64,000 nt of DNA from Paraspadella gotoi (Eukaryota; Animalia; Chaetognatha). The translations under genes were made by a program, and so were the position numbers. Shown piece after piece: positions 1 through 13,524 of this stretch (within the stretch, counting starts at the first letter, position 1; every line of letters starts with the position of its first letter). The notes under the pieces were generated by a model. The model had not been told where the DNA came from. It saw nothing but the letters and a program-made list of their open reading frames with translations, and ran no database searches. The DNA lies in the NCBI GenBank assembly GCA_051294375.1, contig CM119265.1:24282356-24346355 (forward strand), in the 5' to 3' direction.

Positions 1-223
1 CCGTCTACGCCCCGTCTACGCGCCCGTTTCACGCGCCAAAACCGCGTGCCTCTGCCTCGTTTGCCGCGGCTCATCAAGATTTATGATTTCGTCACAACTC
101 GAGGAGAAAACGGTCAAAGGAAAATTGATGAATGAAGAGATAGGAGAGAGAGGTGCTGGGGATAGAGTGTAGAAATAGGTGAAAGAAAGGTGAGAGAGTG
201 GACGGGGAGAAAAAAGAAGGAGA

Positions 224-261
<38 letters not shown>

Positions 262-704
262 AGATGAGAGAGAGAGAGAGAGAGAGAGGAGAGAAAGTGG
301 ATGGAGAAAAGGTCAAAGGAAAATTGCTGAATGGGAAAGAGAGAGAGGAGCCTGGGGAAAGAGGGTAGAAGATAGGTGGGGGAATGGAAGCATTGGAAAC
401 TGATAGGAAGGAAAGTTAGAAACCGAAACAGTAATGATTCAAGGTAAGACGAGAGATATAGAAATAGAAAGAAGACGAAGAGAACGAGAGAAAGGAGAGA
501 GAAAAAAAGTAAATGCGGCAGGGAGCAGGGTAGAACTCCAGGGTAATATTTAGAGATAAGAGAGAGGTGGTAGGAGGCAGAAAGAGGGTAAAAAAATATG
601 AGGGAGGAAACATAAGCAAGTCTGGAACAGATTCGGAGAGAAAAAAACAGGTCCAGGAAAGGAGAGAGGAGAAAGAGACGAAGAGGAGGAGAGAGGAAAT
701 GAAG

Positions 705-738
<34 letters not shown>

Positions 739-863
739 GGGGAGAGAGAAGAAATTGGAATGGAAGAAAAGCGAACATAAGGAGGTTTTGAAAATCGTTC
801 CGGTGGAAACAGAAATCGTTAGTCTTTTTTATTCATTACGTTCGAGAAAATGTAAAATGTAAA

Positions 864-1055
864 TGTAAAATGGGTATCTGGGGTGAATAAACGGGACTGT
901 GAGAGTCTTGATTGAAAGCTTGCAGGGACCTGCTATGTCATTATCTTGTAAGAGTGATGGAGGCCTTTAAACCACAAGCCTGTCCAAAGTCAGGGGCAAG
1001 ATAGCTTATTTATTAAATGAATGGATAATTTTTATATTGGGTTGTACCAATTTCA
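864..1055. mobile_element. ~190-bp TG...CA insertion (putative solo LTR or small TIR element) with 4-bp TAAA TSD
   Basis: Absent from the inverted homologous copy near 28050-28085. Starts TGTAAAATGGGTA and ends GTACCAATTTCA (imperfect terminal inverted repeat). Flanked by TAAA at 860-863 and 1056-1059. Confidence 0.55.
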
Positions 1056-1089
1056 TAAAATGATAAATGGAATAAAAATATCTGAATTA

Positions 1090-1200
1090 ATCATTCATTC
1101 ATTTGTTCATTCATTAGTTCATTCATTCATACATTCATTTCATTCATTCATTTCATTCATTCATTCATTCATTCATTCATTCATTCATTCATTCATTCAA
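1090..1200. repeat. (TTCA)n microsatellite
   Basis: Direct reading; counterpart (TGAA)n at ~27903-28030. Confidence 0.95.
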
Positions 1201-1303
1201 TCTTTAGGTCATTTATTTATATTTTGAATTCATTCCCTTTCTTCTATTTATTTTTAATACTTTCCTAGATTCAGCAATCAATCATTTTTCCAATCAATTC
1301 ATC

Positions 1304-2850
1304 TGATTCCTCCATAAATTTTTAAATTTGTCAGAACGTTTTCTCTTTTTTTTCCATATTTTTTGACACGCTAAACGTTTCTCTGATTACGCAAAATTTC
1401 ATGAAAAAAATAAAAAATTAAGTAGAACCAATAGTTAGTGTTATGTCTCGAATAGATGAAAAAAACCTCGTTTAAAAATTCGATCGGGGAAGTGGGGTAA
1501 CTAAGTCTTACCATGGCATCCTCCACGCCAATCGTTCTCTCAAAAATTTTTTTTTTATTTAATACATTTGAAAGGGAAAAAAAGAAAATCAGAATCAGGT
1601 TGCAAGAAATGGTACAGATAATCTAGACATACTGACATTATAATCATGACTTTTATGTCTTTTTGAAAGGGGGGCAGTAAAGAAACCTAAAAAATTCGAT
1701 CTTTAAGTCAGTCAATGAACCCTTTCAATGGGTATTCCGCGAATTTTTTTTTTTTAATTTAAACGGATGATAAGTAATAGAATTAAATTCCTTGTAAAAG
1801 GTTGTTATATTTAAAAGAAAATTATCAATACCAAATAAACACAATGATGTCTTGCTTTGTCAATATGTCGCCAGCTATGTAATTTTTTAAAATTTTATTA
1901 TGAAACAAGCAGCGTGTCAAAGCTTTTTTGTTTGCAGATTGAAGATAATGGAAAATGACAATTTTTTTTTACAGACAAGAAGATAGACGTCCAGACTGTT
2001 TATATCAATCTGAAAATATTTTTGTATTTTATCATTTTTCATATTTAAAAAAACATTTTATCCAGCTACTTCATAAATTTTTGCTTGTTTTTTACTTTAA
2101 CTAAAAAATACAAGCAAATTTATAGAGTAGAGCAAATTTAATGGTAATCAAAAATGTAATTTAGTCTTTCTTTTTCAAATTACGAAAGAAGAAAAAAAAT
2201 TTCACATGGCCTTCATTGAAATTTTTAATGCAAAAAACTGTTATACTTTTACTCCGATTTAAAAAAAGCTGTGTAAAGATTTATGGATAAAATTTAATAA
2301 AACTATTTCAGAGAGTGTCCCATGATTAGGGCTTTAATTAATACCTCACCCACTTTCCTACCTCTTTTCTTTCCAAAGTTTATTAAGAAATAATTTTTTG
2401 CCGTGAGAGAACTAAGGATTTGAACTACGCAGTACAAATCTTTTGTTAAATAAAAATTTTGGCAAAGCGGGAGTATCTCAATTTATCCTATTGGTACAAT
2501 ACCAAATTTTAAAATAAAACCTTAAAGAAAAATTTTCCGTCCTCTAGAGACATATCACTTTCAGGTTTACCCCATCGTCTTACACATTTATGATTATGCT
2601 GGAAGAAATAGCAAAACGTTTTCTCTTTTTTTTTTAAATAGTTTGTACTAGGCGTCAAAATCTAAGAAAGAAACTCGAAAATTTTATTCTGACAAATTTT
2701 GCCTTTCAAGGCTGGCGTTATGATATATCTCGGAAACCATTGTAGGAATTTAAAAACCGGTTTTTTGCAGTGAATATGGATATCATCCTCCAGGGACCGG
2801 CATAAAAATATATAAAAAAGAAACTAATATTGGTCTCGAGTGAGGTATCT
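1304..2850. mobile_element. ~1.55-kb DNA-transposon-like insertion with 8-bp TSD AATTCATC
   Basis: AATTCATC occurs at 1296-1303 and 2851-2858. The homologous copy at ~27790-27815 (minus) has a single AATTCATC with both flanks joined. Weak TIR: TGATTCCTC versus reverse complement AGATACCTC. No intact ORF. Confidence 0.7.
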
Positions 2851-3014
2851 AATTCATCCGTACGTCTCTCCGCCCTCTGTCCGTCAGTAAGTGCAGTCAG
2901 TCCGGTCCAAGAATCCACGCGACTCCAAAGTCTTGACGACGTCTAAAGTCGTCTATCTCAGTGTCAAACAATTACATCAAAATCGAAGTCGGATCCCCGC
3001 GTTTCCTCTCTCTC

Positions 3015-3059
<45 letters not shown>

Positions 3060-3321
3060 GACGTCCGGGGTTTTTCCATTTCCTAATACAAACAGGAAAC
3101 GAGAACAAGAAAACGTCTGGATCAGCATCGGGATAGAAGAGAGGATGCAGCTGGTGGGAGGAGAGAGGAGAGAGAGAGAGGAGATGAGAGAAGAGAGAGA
3201 GGAGAGAGAGAGAGGAGAGAAGACAGAACAAGTTTGATTCGATTAACATTAAATGAATACTGCAATAAAATACGAAATCAATTTATGAAACTCTGGTGAC
3301 GCTGAAAAATTTCACTTTAAT

Positions 3322-4134
3322 TAGGACTAAAGCATCTGACGAAAAAAGTCAGAGGTTTTTTTTAATATATTCTTTGACCGGCCAATGTAGAATGATGGCA
3401 ATACTTGCTATTTTTTAAGTTTCAAAAAAATCCGAACCATAATATTAGAAAATATTAACCAAAATCTTCGGAAAATTCCACCCCTTCTTTGCGAAAAGAT
3501 TTTTCGCCATATAGGATTTTTTTCCGAATCTGGCACTCCCTGTTGAAAACTTTCTTTTAGAATGTCCGATTCGTTAGCTTCCTCTTTTTTACTTTTACTA
3601 TTAAATTAAAAATTCACCAAAATGGACTTAATTCACTTAACATTGATCGTTATCATATAAAATTAACACAAATGAAATGTAAAGAAAAATTTTTGAGAGC
3701 CCTTCAGGACATATTATGCTATCTGGATTCCTGAATTGCGAAGATTATACTTGTCAAAAATCGCACAACATATCTTAAATGCGTTGACACCATGTATTGA
3801 AGTAGTGAGAAAATCCCTCTTATAAGTTTATTATGACTCTATATATAAAAAAATTGCGTCAAAAAAAAAATAATTTTTCCCGAGCGGACCAGTCCATTTA
3901 AATTGAATGGTTCGATGTCAAAGAATGATTGTTATTTGTCAAGAGAAAAAAAAAATGAGAAGCCCTTCAGTATAGCCCAGAGATTAGAGAATCGAAGTGT
4001 TCTTACATCTGATTTTTTACCTGAATTTTTCCCAGGGGCGTTTGACATTATTTGGTAGTCAGATTTTAACCAAAAAAATCTTCCAATTGAAAAAAAAGTT
4101 CTTCCTCGATTTCTAAGAACGACGTAGACTCCTA
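3322..4134. mobile_element. ~0.8-kb non-autonomous hAT-like element (TAGG...CCTA termini, ACTTTAAT TSD)
   Basis: ACTTTAAT at 3314-3321 and ACTTAAT at 4135-4141 (one T missing). Termini are TAGGAC...CTCCTA. Empty site in the inverted copy at ~18520-18535. An 8-bp TSD with TAG termini fits hAT. Confidence 0.7.
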
Positions 4135-6362
4135 ACTTAATTCATTATTATATTGTTACTGACTAGGTAAACGATGGTTTTAAAGGATTCAGGTTTAAGA
4201 CGATTGTTTTCATTTTAAACAAGTTTTCTTTTCCTGCCAAAACTCTGAAAGTATCTCTTTTCAAATTGTAGTAAACTAGAAAAATCAATCTACAAATTGA
4301 ATTAAATTTTTAGTTTCGCGTACCCAATGCGGAAGGATAGAAAATATAGAGAAAACAAATTATAATTGAAGAGAGATTTATTAATAACATCGCAGGGAGT
4401 ATCAAGCTACCAAAACAAATCGGATCGCCGAATCTGATTTGGTCAAGCATGGAACCCGGAATCGGATCTCCTATCAGCTGCTGTTCAAGCTAATCTTATT
4501 GGATACACTTCTTAAAATTTTTTACCCGACGTTCGCTGCGACGATTCCCTCTCCTGGTAGTTATACAAAGAAGTTGTATGAAAACGACTCGCAGTTAATG
4601 GCATAGAAATGGAACGAATTCCAATGTTAAAGATATCGAAGATCGCCCTCGCTCTCCGGAGCGATTTGAAAGCATTAAAGCGGCTCAGATTTTTTTTACC
4701 TCTGGGGGACGAAATAAAAACGGTCATAGATGTCATCAGATAATATATGCGCTGCAGTTTTCGTTGCTTTCGTTATTATTGACAAGCGGCTCTGCCGTCT
4801 TCGGGCGGGACTGTTTTCGGGCTTTAAATGGAACATCAACATATCGGAACAAAATACAATTTAGGTCTTCAAAATAAAAATTAATTGAAAATTCAAACTT
4901 CTCCAATTTCGCGGCCGACCTACGTGCCCCGCTTCCAAATTGTTCAAGTTTCTGGAAGGTTCGGGCCGCTCCTTGGCGTCGGCCCGGTCAATGATCAACC
5001 AATCTTCAGAAGTATTTTTACGATTTGCTGAAATTTGTCGTGCAGTTTTAATAAAGAATAAAGGACGGGCGATCTATACATAATAAATTAATGTTACTGA
5101 TGGGTACGTTTTCATATTGGACTAAATTAATTTTTTTTACTTACGCTCTACCGCCCACCAATGGTTAAAAATCAGTTCTATTTTTAGGACCAGAAAAACG
5201 GGAACGCCACGGACTATACCCCTAAACGCCCAGTTAAGACGCCATTTCGAACCGAGGCTAAGGACGAAACTGTTTTAAATTTTAACGCCACAATACTATA
5301 ATTCTTAAACAACTTCGTGTCCTAAGGTTTTCGAAATGGTAATTTTGACATTTCGGTTCGGCGTGGTCCATTCCCATCCCATTCAATCCTACTTCGACTG
5401 CCGTCCCATGTCCGTTCGTCAACCTGGTTCTGTCTGTCAACGTCCTCGTCAAATCGTCGTCGTCCGGTCAGCGTCGTCGCGTCTCGTCGTCAACGTACGT
5501 CTGGTCAACGTCGTCGTCAGCGTCGTCGTCAGCGTCGTCGTCGTCGTTTCGTCGTCTTCAATTTCCCTCATGGTGGCAGTCGAGTTTATAGTCGAACGAA
5601 TAAAAAAACAAAACGAATGTTTTGGTTGGAAAAAAAGCAAAGGATGTTTGCGGAGAAAGAAGAGGATGCGAAGAAGAGGAAGCGGAATTTGAAGTTAGAC
5701 AAAGTTTTCTATGATGGGAAATCATGAATCGATTTATTTCTCTTTCTCTCTTCTTTATTTTTATTTTTTCTTTCTCTTTTGTTTTTCTCGTTCACTCTCT
5801 GCCCTTTCTCTCTATTTTTTCCTTCGTTTATAGCTCTCTTTTAACTTCACATTTTCTTAAACCAACAATCCATTCTCTCCACATTTCTTCCACCTTTCTC
5901 ATGTTCCTCCTCCACCGCAATCACTTCGGCCATTTTTGTCTCTTTGGTTTCCTTGTCCAGAGAGTCCACAATCAGGTCTTTCAATTTTTCTCTCTCCTTT
6001 TCCTCCACCAAATCGACTCTCGCCCATTTTTTTTCTTTCGCTTTCCATCCGAACCATAATCCAACCTCTCCCATTTTTCTCTTTCGTGTTTCCGTCTACC
6101 TATCCCTTCTTTTCATTTTTTTTCTTTCTCCACCAATCCACTATCGCCATCTTTCTCTCTCTTTGTCCTCGTCTATAAGGAATCAAAAAGCGCCGTTCCT
6201 CTAAGAAAAATACAAAACTTTGGATTTTTCTATTAATCTTCTGAAAAGAAAAGAAGCAACGCATTGGCGCGATACGGCCGTGGAAAAATATATACCTCGT
6301 TTTTTTCCCATTTTTTTTTTTCTCGATTCAATTTTTCATTCTTCTGGTGCTCTCTGCCCTCT

Positions 6363-6420
<58 letters not shown>

Positions 6421-7042
6421 TCTCTCTCTCTTCTCTCTCCCTCTCTCTCTTCCCCTTTCCTCCCTCCTATCTTGCCGCTTCAAGTAGGGCATTCAGTTTT
6501 TGAAAATATTTTTTTTTAAATTTTTCAAACTTTTTTAATCTTCGTTTATTTCGCTGAAGCGATAGTTCTTTAAATTCAGTTCTTGGTGATTAGTTTTCAT
6601 CGGCTGTCCAGTCTGTTCATTTTTAAAGTCGTTTATTTATGTCATATTTAAGAGGTCTTCAAATGGGAATTTATGACACGTCTGTTCTTAGGACGTTTTC
6701 TAATATGTATTAATCATTGGTTTATTGACATATTTTTAAACCTTTTTAATTTCATTTTAGACCGTTCTTTCCATTCGCCCTCGTTTCTTGATATTATTTG
6801 AGACATCGTTATTGTATGTCATTTAGTCGTTTATTCATGTCTTCAAATTCAACGTTTATTTATGTATCTTTGACTCGCATATAAATTAGGCCACAAGAAT
6901 AAGGTATACCGGTTAGGTTTATTCTTTGGTCGGGTCCTTATTGGGATAATAAAATCAATAAATTATCTTCCGTCACATTTCTCTCTGCTCTCCTCTCTCT
7001 CTTCTTCTCTCTCTCTCCGATCTCTCTTCTCTCTTCCTCTCT

Positions 7043-7078
<36 letters not shown>

Positions 7079-8894
7079 CCTCATCTCTCACTCTCTTCTC
7101 TCTCTTTTCTTTCTTTCTCTCTCAACCGCAATCGGGAAAAAATATAAGTTACTATAAATCTGCTGGAATAATTATAATTTTTTCTTTGCGTAATTTAATA
7201 TTAAAAACTCGTAGGAAGTTGGGTTTGTGGTTGTCGGTAATTTGTTGTCTTTCTTGTTTGTTGTCTACCGATATTCTATCTAATCTATCTATCTTATCTA
7301 TCATCTATCTATCTATCTTATCTATCTATTCTGCATTCATTTGTCTCCATTTTTCTTAAATTGTTGTTTCTTTCATCTGGAACTCCTTACCATCCATTGC
7401 CGTCTTCCTGCCTCCTTAGGTTTTAATCGTCCTCTTCAAAATATTTATTTTTCAAAAATTACGTGAATAAAGAAACAAGAAACAAAGAAACACATGACGC
7501 CGCCGCGAAACTAGATATCTATTCCGCCTCCGGCGCCAAAGACCAGGCGACTTTGCAACCGCCCTCTTTGCAACGCCGTCGCCCGCCCCGCCCGCCGCCG
7601 CCACCGCCTCACCACCGATATCGCCGCTTGCCAAACGACTCCCAAACGTCAATTACGGACATTTAATCGCGGCGCCGTGGCGAACGCCTTCTCGTCGAAC
7701 TGGGCGTCAGTTCCTCATACCCCTCATTCTGGGCGTCGCCGGCGTCTGGACTGTACATAAAAAGCGGCGCTATGTCGGCATTTATATGACTGGACCTCCC
7801 GACCGCACAAACAACAACAACAACATACAACAAACAACGCGTTCGTATTTCTTGTTTTCCTACACAAATGCAATTCTTCGTTTTCTTGTTCCCCTTCCTC
7901 ATTCCTCACTTACTGTCTCTCCTCCCTCCTGCCCTTCGGTTCCCCTCCTTTGAGTATGAGTCGGAAGAAGAAATTGGGAGTCTGGAACATTTGTCCAAAA
8001 ATATTTAATTAAATTTAATTATTTTTTATTACTAACTTAACTTAAAAATTCTTAGTTTTGAATAGCGGTTTAGAAAAACAAAAATTTCTCGGATGATTTA
8101 TAGTATTCTAAGCATCGAAGGAATATCAAATCCACCAAAAAGCAATATGTAAATCTTATGGAAATTCAATCTCGTTTGTAAAAATGATTAAAAAGATTTT
8201 CGAGCCCGTTATTTGTCTTATGTACAACCAGGTTATCGGTCTAGCGTCGGACCAATTGGACACTGGACATTTTCCCTTTTTTTGCGTTAATGCTGACGTT
8301 GTTTTCGTCCTTTTCGCCTGCGAGCGATTGCCCTCTCCACTCATTAGGCGCGTAGGTCCGACCTGTGCGCGCTGTCCAGTACATGGAACACCGAAATAAT
8401 TGTCACGATCACTGAAGCTACCGGGTTGGGCAGTGACTAGCGAGCCGCGGCTTCGTGGACTCAGAATCGAACACCTAGATTTCATGTTCAAGAACCCCGC
8501 GACAGACCGATCTGTTGTACAACTAGTAAACGCGAAACACCTTTCTGGCCCGCCATCAGCCGCACCTCTAAAACTGCATACCACACAAAATCAGGCGAGG
8601 GCTACAGAGAGTGGAAAAGAATATATAATATAATCCAACAATGCAGTACAGATATGAACAGCGATACCTACAGCTCTATCGACAGGCCACAAGATCAGAC
8701 GACTCCAGTCCGATAGTACGGAGCAACTGTAAATAGCTTTTCTTCACTGATCTCTCCTTTCTCTATTTTTTCCTCTTCGGAATTCCCAGAACGTAGATAG
8801 AGAAACTGGTTGAATATTTTTCAGAATTGCAGAACGCATGGAATCATTTCTCTCTCTCTTTTCCATGGCTTTGCCACACCCTCTGACGACATAT

Positions 8895-11800
8895 GTCGCG
8901 TGCACAGTCCGTTGGGAAAATTTTATCACGCTATTCTCATTGCAAAATTCTTACCTTTGACCCAAAATTTTGTGTTCTGGGTCTGTTACATAACATAATG
9001 CCTTATATTTCGAACGAACATAGGGCTCTCTTTACCATGGACTGTTTCACTTTCAGTATAGGATCGCAAAGATAACGAGAACATAGAGTAAAGAAAGTCA
9101 GTGTCTAGAATAAGTAGCTTAAAACGGTGGACAAAATCTATAGTCTTACCATTGTCTATTGTAATTATCTGAGGTTAAACTTTGTTTTCATAATAAAAAA
9201 AGCTCTATATGTCCAAATTCATTTATTACTGAGAGGATCAAGAGCTTATCTTTTAAAATCCTATCATTTTTTCATTTAAAGGAAATGTTAAGGCATAACA
9301 GATCAACACAAATATCTCTAATCAGAATTGACAAAACAATAATTGCTGTTTTGTTTTTTTGTATTCATTTTGTGGCTGGTGGATTGTTTGGCGTCTTTAA
9401 GAAAGATCTAAGAGACATTTTTGCGGAAAAAGCATGCTCTTAGGAACTTTAGGTATAGAATTTTTATAAAAAATATTTTTAAAGTTTAGTATACTAAATG
9501 ATTTTTAATTAATTAAAAAGTTGAATATTTAAATTTTTAGAAAAAACATTGTCTCAATGGAAGAATTACTAATATAAGGAACTTTGAGAAATAATTTTTG
9601 CATTTTGAAAAAAAATCAGATTTTTTTCCCAATCGATTTTGTCACAATCTGAGTTGTTTTTATTTTTTGATTTATTTATTTTTATGGCAAAATTATAATT
9701 CTTCGTGAGCATCGGGTCTGAAAAAAAGTTTTTTTCTTTTTAAATTTTTCGTTTTTTTTTTTTCTATTTATGTTTTCCATAAGTATTCAAGGGGATATGG
9801 AGGGACAGTTTTTCATTATCTTATTTATTGTGATCATTTGCTATTTAAGTTTTATATAATCATTACTTTTATAATAATACCTGTTAATGTTTTTTATATT
9901 AAAAAAAATTAATAAGTGTTTTATCCTCCTTATAGACATTGAAAAGAATTATTTTTTTTAATGTCTATCAAAGGACTATAATCTATAGAAATGGTAATAT
10001 CTGTCATATTAACAAAAGAGAAATGGAAAAGTGAATATTGGACATGTTTATGACCAAACAAGGCTGAGTAAGTGAGCAAAAGTTCTGGAAATTGATGCAG
10101 AAACAAAGAAGACAGGCAACGAGAGAAAGGCAGAACAGAGCAACAGAGGTGAGATAAAGAGTGAAGAGCAAACAAGAGCCAAAGGCAAAGAGTAAGAGAG
10201 AGAATTCTGATTGTTTGTTTAAGGATGCGGAAGGTTTGCACGTTCGAGGCTAGTCACAAATATTTTTTTTTCGTAACCCAGGGGAGCATCTGATAATGAA
10301 AGATATTGAATGTGTACTTGCATGATTGATTTAATATAATTAATTAATAGAATAAATAACTGATTTGATTTACTTGAAGCAATAAATTGATTATATTGGA
10401 CTGATTAATTAATTTGATTGATTAATTGATGTAATTAACTGATTAATTATTTGATTAATTAATTACATCTGTGTATTTTCCAAGTCGGATTGACCACATA
10501 GGTATTATAATTGAAGTAATTAGATAATTGAAAGTTAAATAATTATATCAGTCAAATTAATTAATTAAATATGTTAATGTCGTCATTATGTCAATGGTAA
10601 ATTATTTATGAATTATTATAATATTAATGTTATTTAATTTAATATTAATCATGGTAATTGGAGCAATTAATTAATTAATTTGATATTTGGGAATGGTTTG
10701 TTTGGGTTGATTTCATTAAATAGACTTATTAATTAATTATTGATAAGGCATCTTGAGATTGGTTAGACTAATTGATTAATTATACTGGATTATATATTGT
10801 GATTAATTAATAACTTTGTTATTTCAACTCGGGGGATTTGCCCATGGTCTAATTATCGTAATATTTGTGAATTAATTAATTAAACTGATAAGTTATTAAT
10901 AATGATAATTCAAGTACGTTTACATTAATTATTTAATTATTAATATATTTCTTAATTCCGATTCGAGATATATTTATTTTAATTAATTACGGCACATATA
11001 ATTAATTCTGGATCCAAAATGTTTGTTTTGCACATTCGATTGTATCTGATTAATTCCATATTAACTTTGATAAATTAACTCTGACGTAATTTGATTAATT
11101 TAACTTGATTAATAATTTATTAAATAATTCACTTGATATTTTACGATTTAAAAATAAAAGAAAAAGAAGCATAATCAATTAGTAAAACAGGTTCTTTGTT
11201 TTTTTTCATTTAAACTCATTTTACTCAAACTTTCCATCGAAACTGATTCCAGTTTAATCACAACACTTTTCCTTACCCACATTACAAAATCAGGTCAAGC
11301 TCCCCAATCCAACTTCATGAGAATTGGTCTCAATAGTGAAATATATTTTTTGTTTTTCCATTAAAACTCATTTCCACTCGGACGATTCCATCAAAACTTC
11401 ATAGTCCAGCTCAAGCACACACTTCCCTACCCACACACAAAAATATCATTCTAATCATCCATTCCAATCACGAGTAATTTGTATTTTGTTAAGTTGGGAC
11501 GGACGGACGGTCATCGGTTTTTTTTTGATAATTTATTCATAATTTGATGTTCTGGACATGATATAAGTGAATCCCGTTCAAGATTGAGTGGGCGGACCGA
11601 CGGACCGACAAAGTAAATTAAAGTCGGGATCTGCTTGAAATCTGACGGAATCATCAGTAGCAGCAGGAGAAAACTTTTCATTGACAAATAAACTGTATCA
11701 GCAGATGAGAGAGAGGATAGCTATATTGGTTTTTAAAAAATTAAATAGAGAATTAGAGATGAGAGATATAAATAAAATGAGAAAATTTGTTTAATTTGAT

Positions 11801-12435
11801 AAAACGTAAACAAAAACATATTTAATAACTGTTCTTCACCCAAATTTCAAGGACCTCGACACACAAACGACTTGATGACGACGATGACGACGCATTTATG
11901 TGCGACGATAAAAATACAAATTAAATTAATAAAACTAAAATTGATCTTTACTTTTTTCTAATTAAAAATATACTTCCACTAGCTGATTTCCGTGAAATTG
12001 GAATTCCAGCTCCATATGACCAGTTTTTTAATCACGGACAAAATTTCAACTCAATGATTTTATCCAACATAAGTAAATAAGACTTTAAATGTATGGGAGA
12101 AAAGAGGACAAGACAGACAGATGGACAGGACAAATGTTTAAGTTTTTGATATCAAACGACAGCTTAAACATAAGGGAGATTCTGACTGCATTGTTTTTAG
12201 AGCTATGTTTTTCCCACATATAGAATAAACCAATCTTCTTTAGTTTTTGAATTCTGACGGCATATGTATTTAACTGATATCTTTGAAGCATTTAAAAAGG
12301 ATTTGCATTAATTTTTATACATAACATTTCACGGAGTAGTAATTGACCTAGATGAGAAACAATAAAAAATGAAAAATTCAATAATGAAATTTTTTTTTAA
12401 CTGCATATTTTATCTACGAGACTGTACATCGCGTC
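8895..12435. mobile_element. ~3.5-kb TIR DNA transposon, degenerate, with ~28-bp TIRs and (C)ATAT TSD
   Basis: Left end GTCGCGTGCACAGTCCGTTGGGAAAATT. Right end reverse complement GACGCGATGTACAGTCTCGTAGATAAAAT. CATAT at 8890-8894 and 12436-12440. Empty site GACGACATATCGCGC in the inverted copy at ~12862-12878. Superfamily not determined. Confidence 0.75.
10310..11130. repeat. Very AT-rich, TTAATTAA-dense degenerate repeat inside the 3.5-kb element
   Basis: Dense (A)TTAATT(AA) motifs. Related GC-containing motifs recur at ~10481 and ~10823, suggesting a ~340-bp period. Confidence 0.6.
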
Positions 12436-12487
12436 CATATCGGCGCTCGCTCTCTCGCTGCTCTCGCTCTCTTCTTTTCCTCTCTCT

Positions 12488-12574
<87 letters not shown>

Positions 12575-12700
12575 GGCTCTGGTTTCCGCACCATATACAT
12601 ATATCGTTTACGTGTTGCTTGTTTATCGCGCACTCGTGACACATCTCTCGGGTATCAGCGAATCGGAACCTAAAATGTCTCTCTCTTTCTCTCTTCTCTC

Positions 12701-12736
<36 letters not shown>

Positions 12737-13524
12737 CTCTCTCTCTCTCTGCTCTTCTCAAATTCTTAAAAATTTTTCAGTTCAGAAGCCTCCCCAGAAC
12801 CAGATCTTGTACNNNNNNNNNNNNNNNNNNNNNNNNNAGAGAGCGAGAGAGCGAGAGAGCGAGCGCGATATGTCGTCAGAGGGTGTGGCAAAGCCATGGA
12901 AAGAGAGAGAGAAATGATTCATGCGTTCTGCAATTCTGAAATATTCATCTCTCTCTGAATTCCGAAGAGAGAAAAAAGAGAGAAAAGCTATTTACAGTTG
13001 CTCGTCTATCGGATGAGTCGTCAGACTTGTGGCCTTTCGTGCGTAAGGTCGTTGTTTCGACTCCCCTCTTCCCCTTTTTTTTTCATTTAAGTCTTCCCAA
13101 GTTCTTACTTTTGTACAACCGATGGTTCGGTTGACATGAAATCTCGTCGAATCGAGTCCACGAATGACTCGCTACACTCAACGTGACTCATACGTGACAA
13201 ATTAATTCGGTGTTCGTGACAACGGAAGTCGGAACCACGCCCACTGGTGAAGCAATCGCTCAGGCGAATGACGAAAACGTCGACAGTTACCAAAAAAGGG
13301 AATGTCCAGTTGTCCAGTTGTCCAGTTGTCCAATTGTCCAATTGTCGACGCTAGACCGATAACCTGGTTGTACATAAGACGACACGCTCAATATTTTTAT
13401 TTTTTAAAACCCATAAGATTAAAAAGATTACATTTGCTTTTGGTGGATTGATACTCCTGCGATGCTAGAATACAATCATCCGAGAAATTTTGTTTTCAAA
13501 GTATTCAAAGAATTTTAAGTTAAG

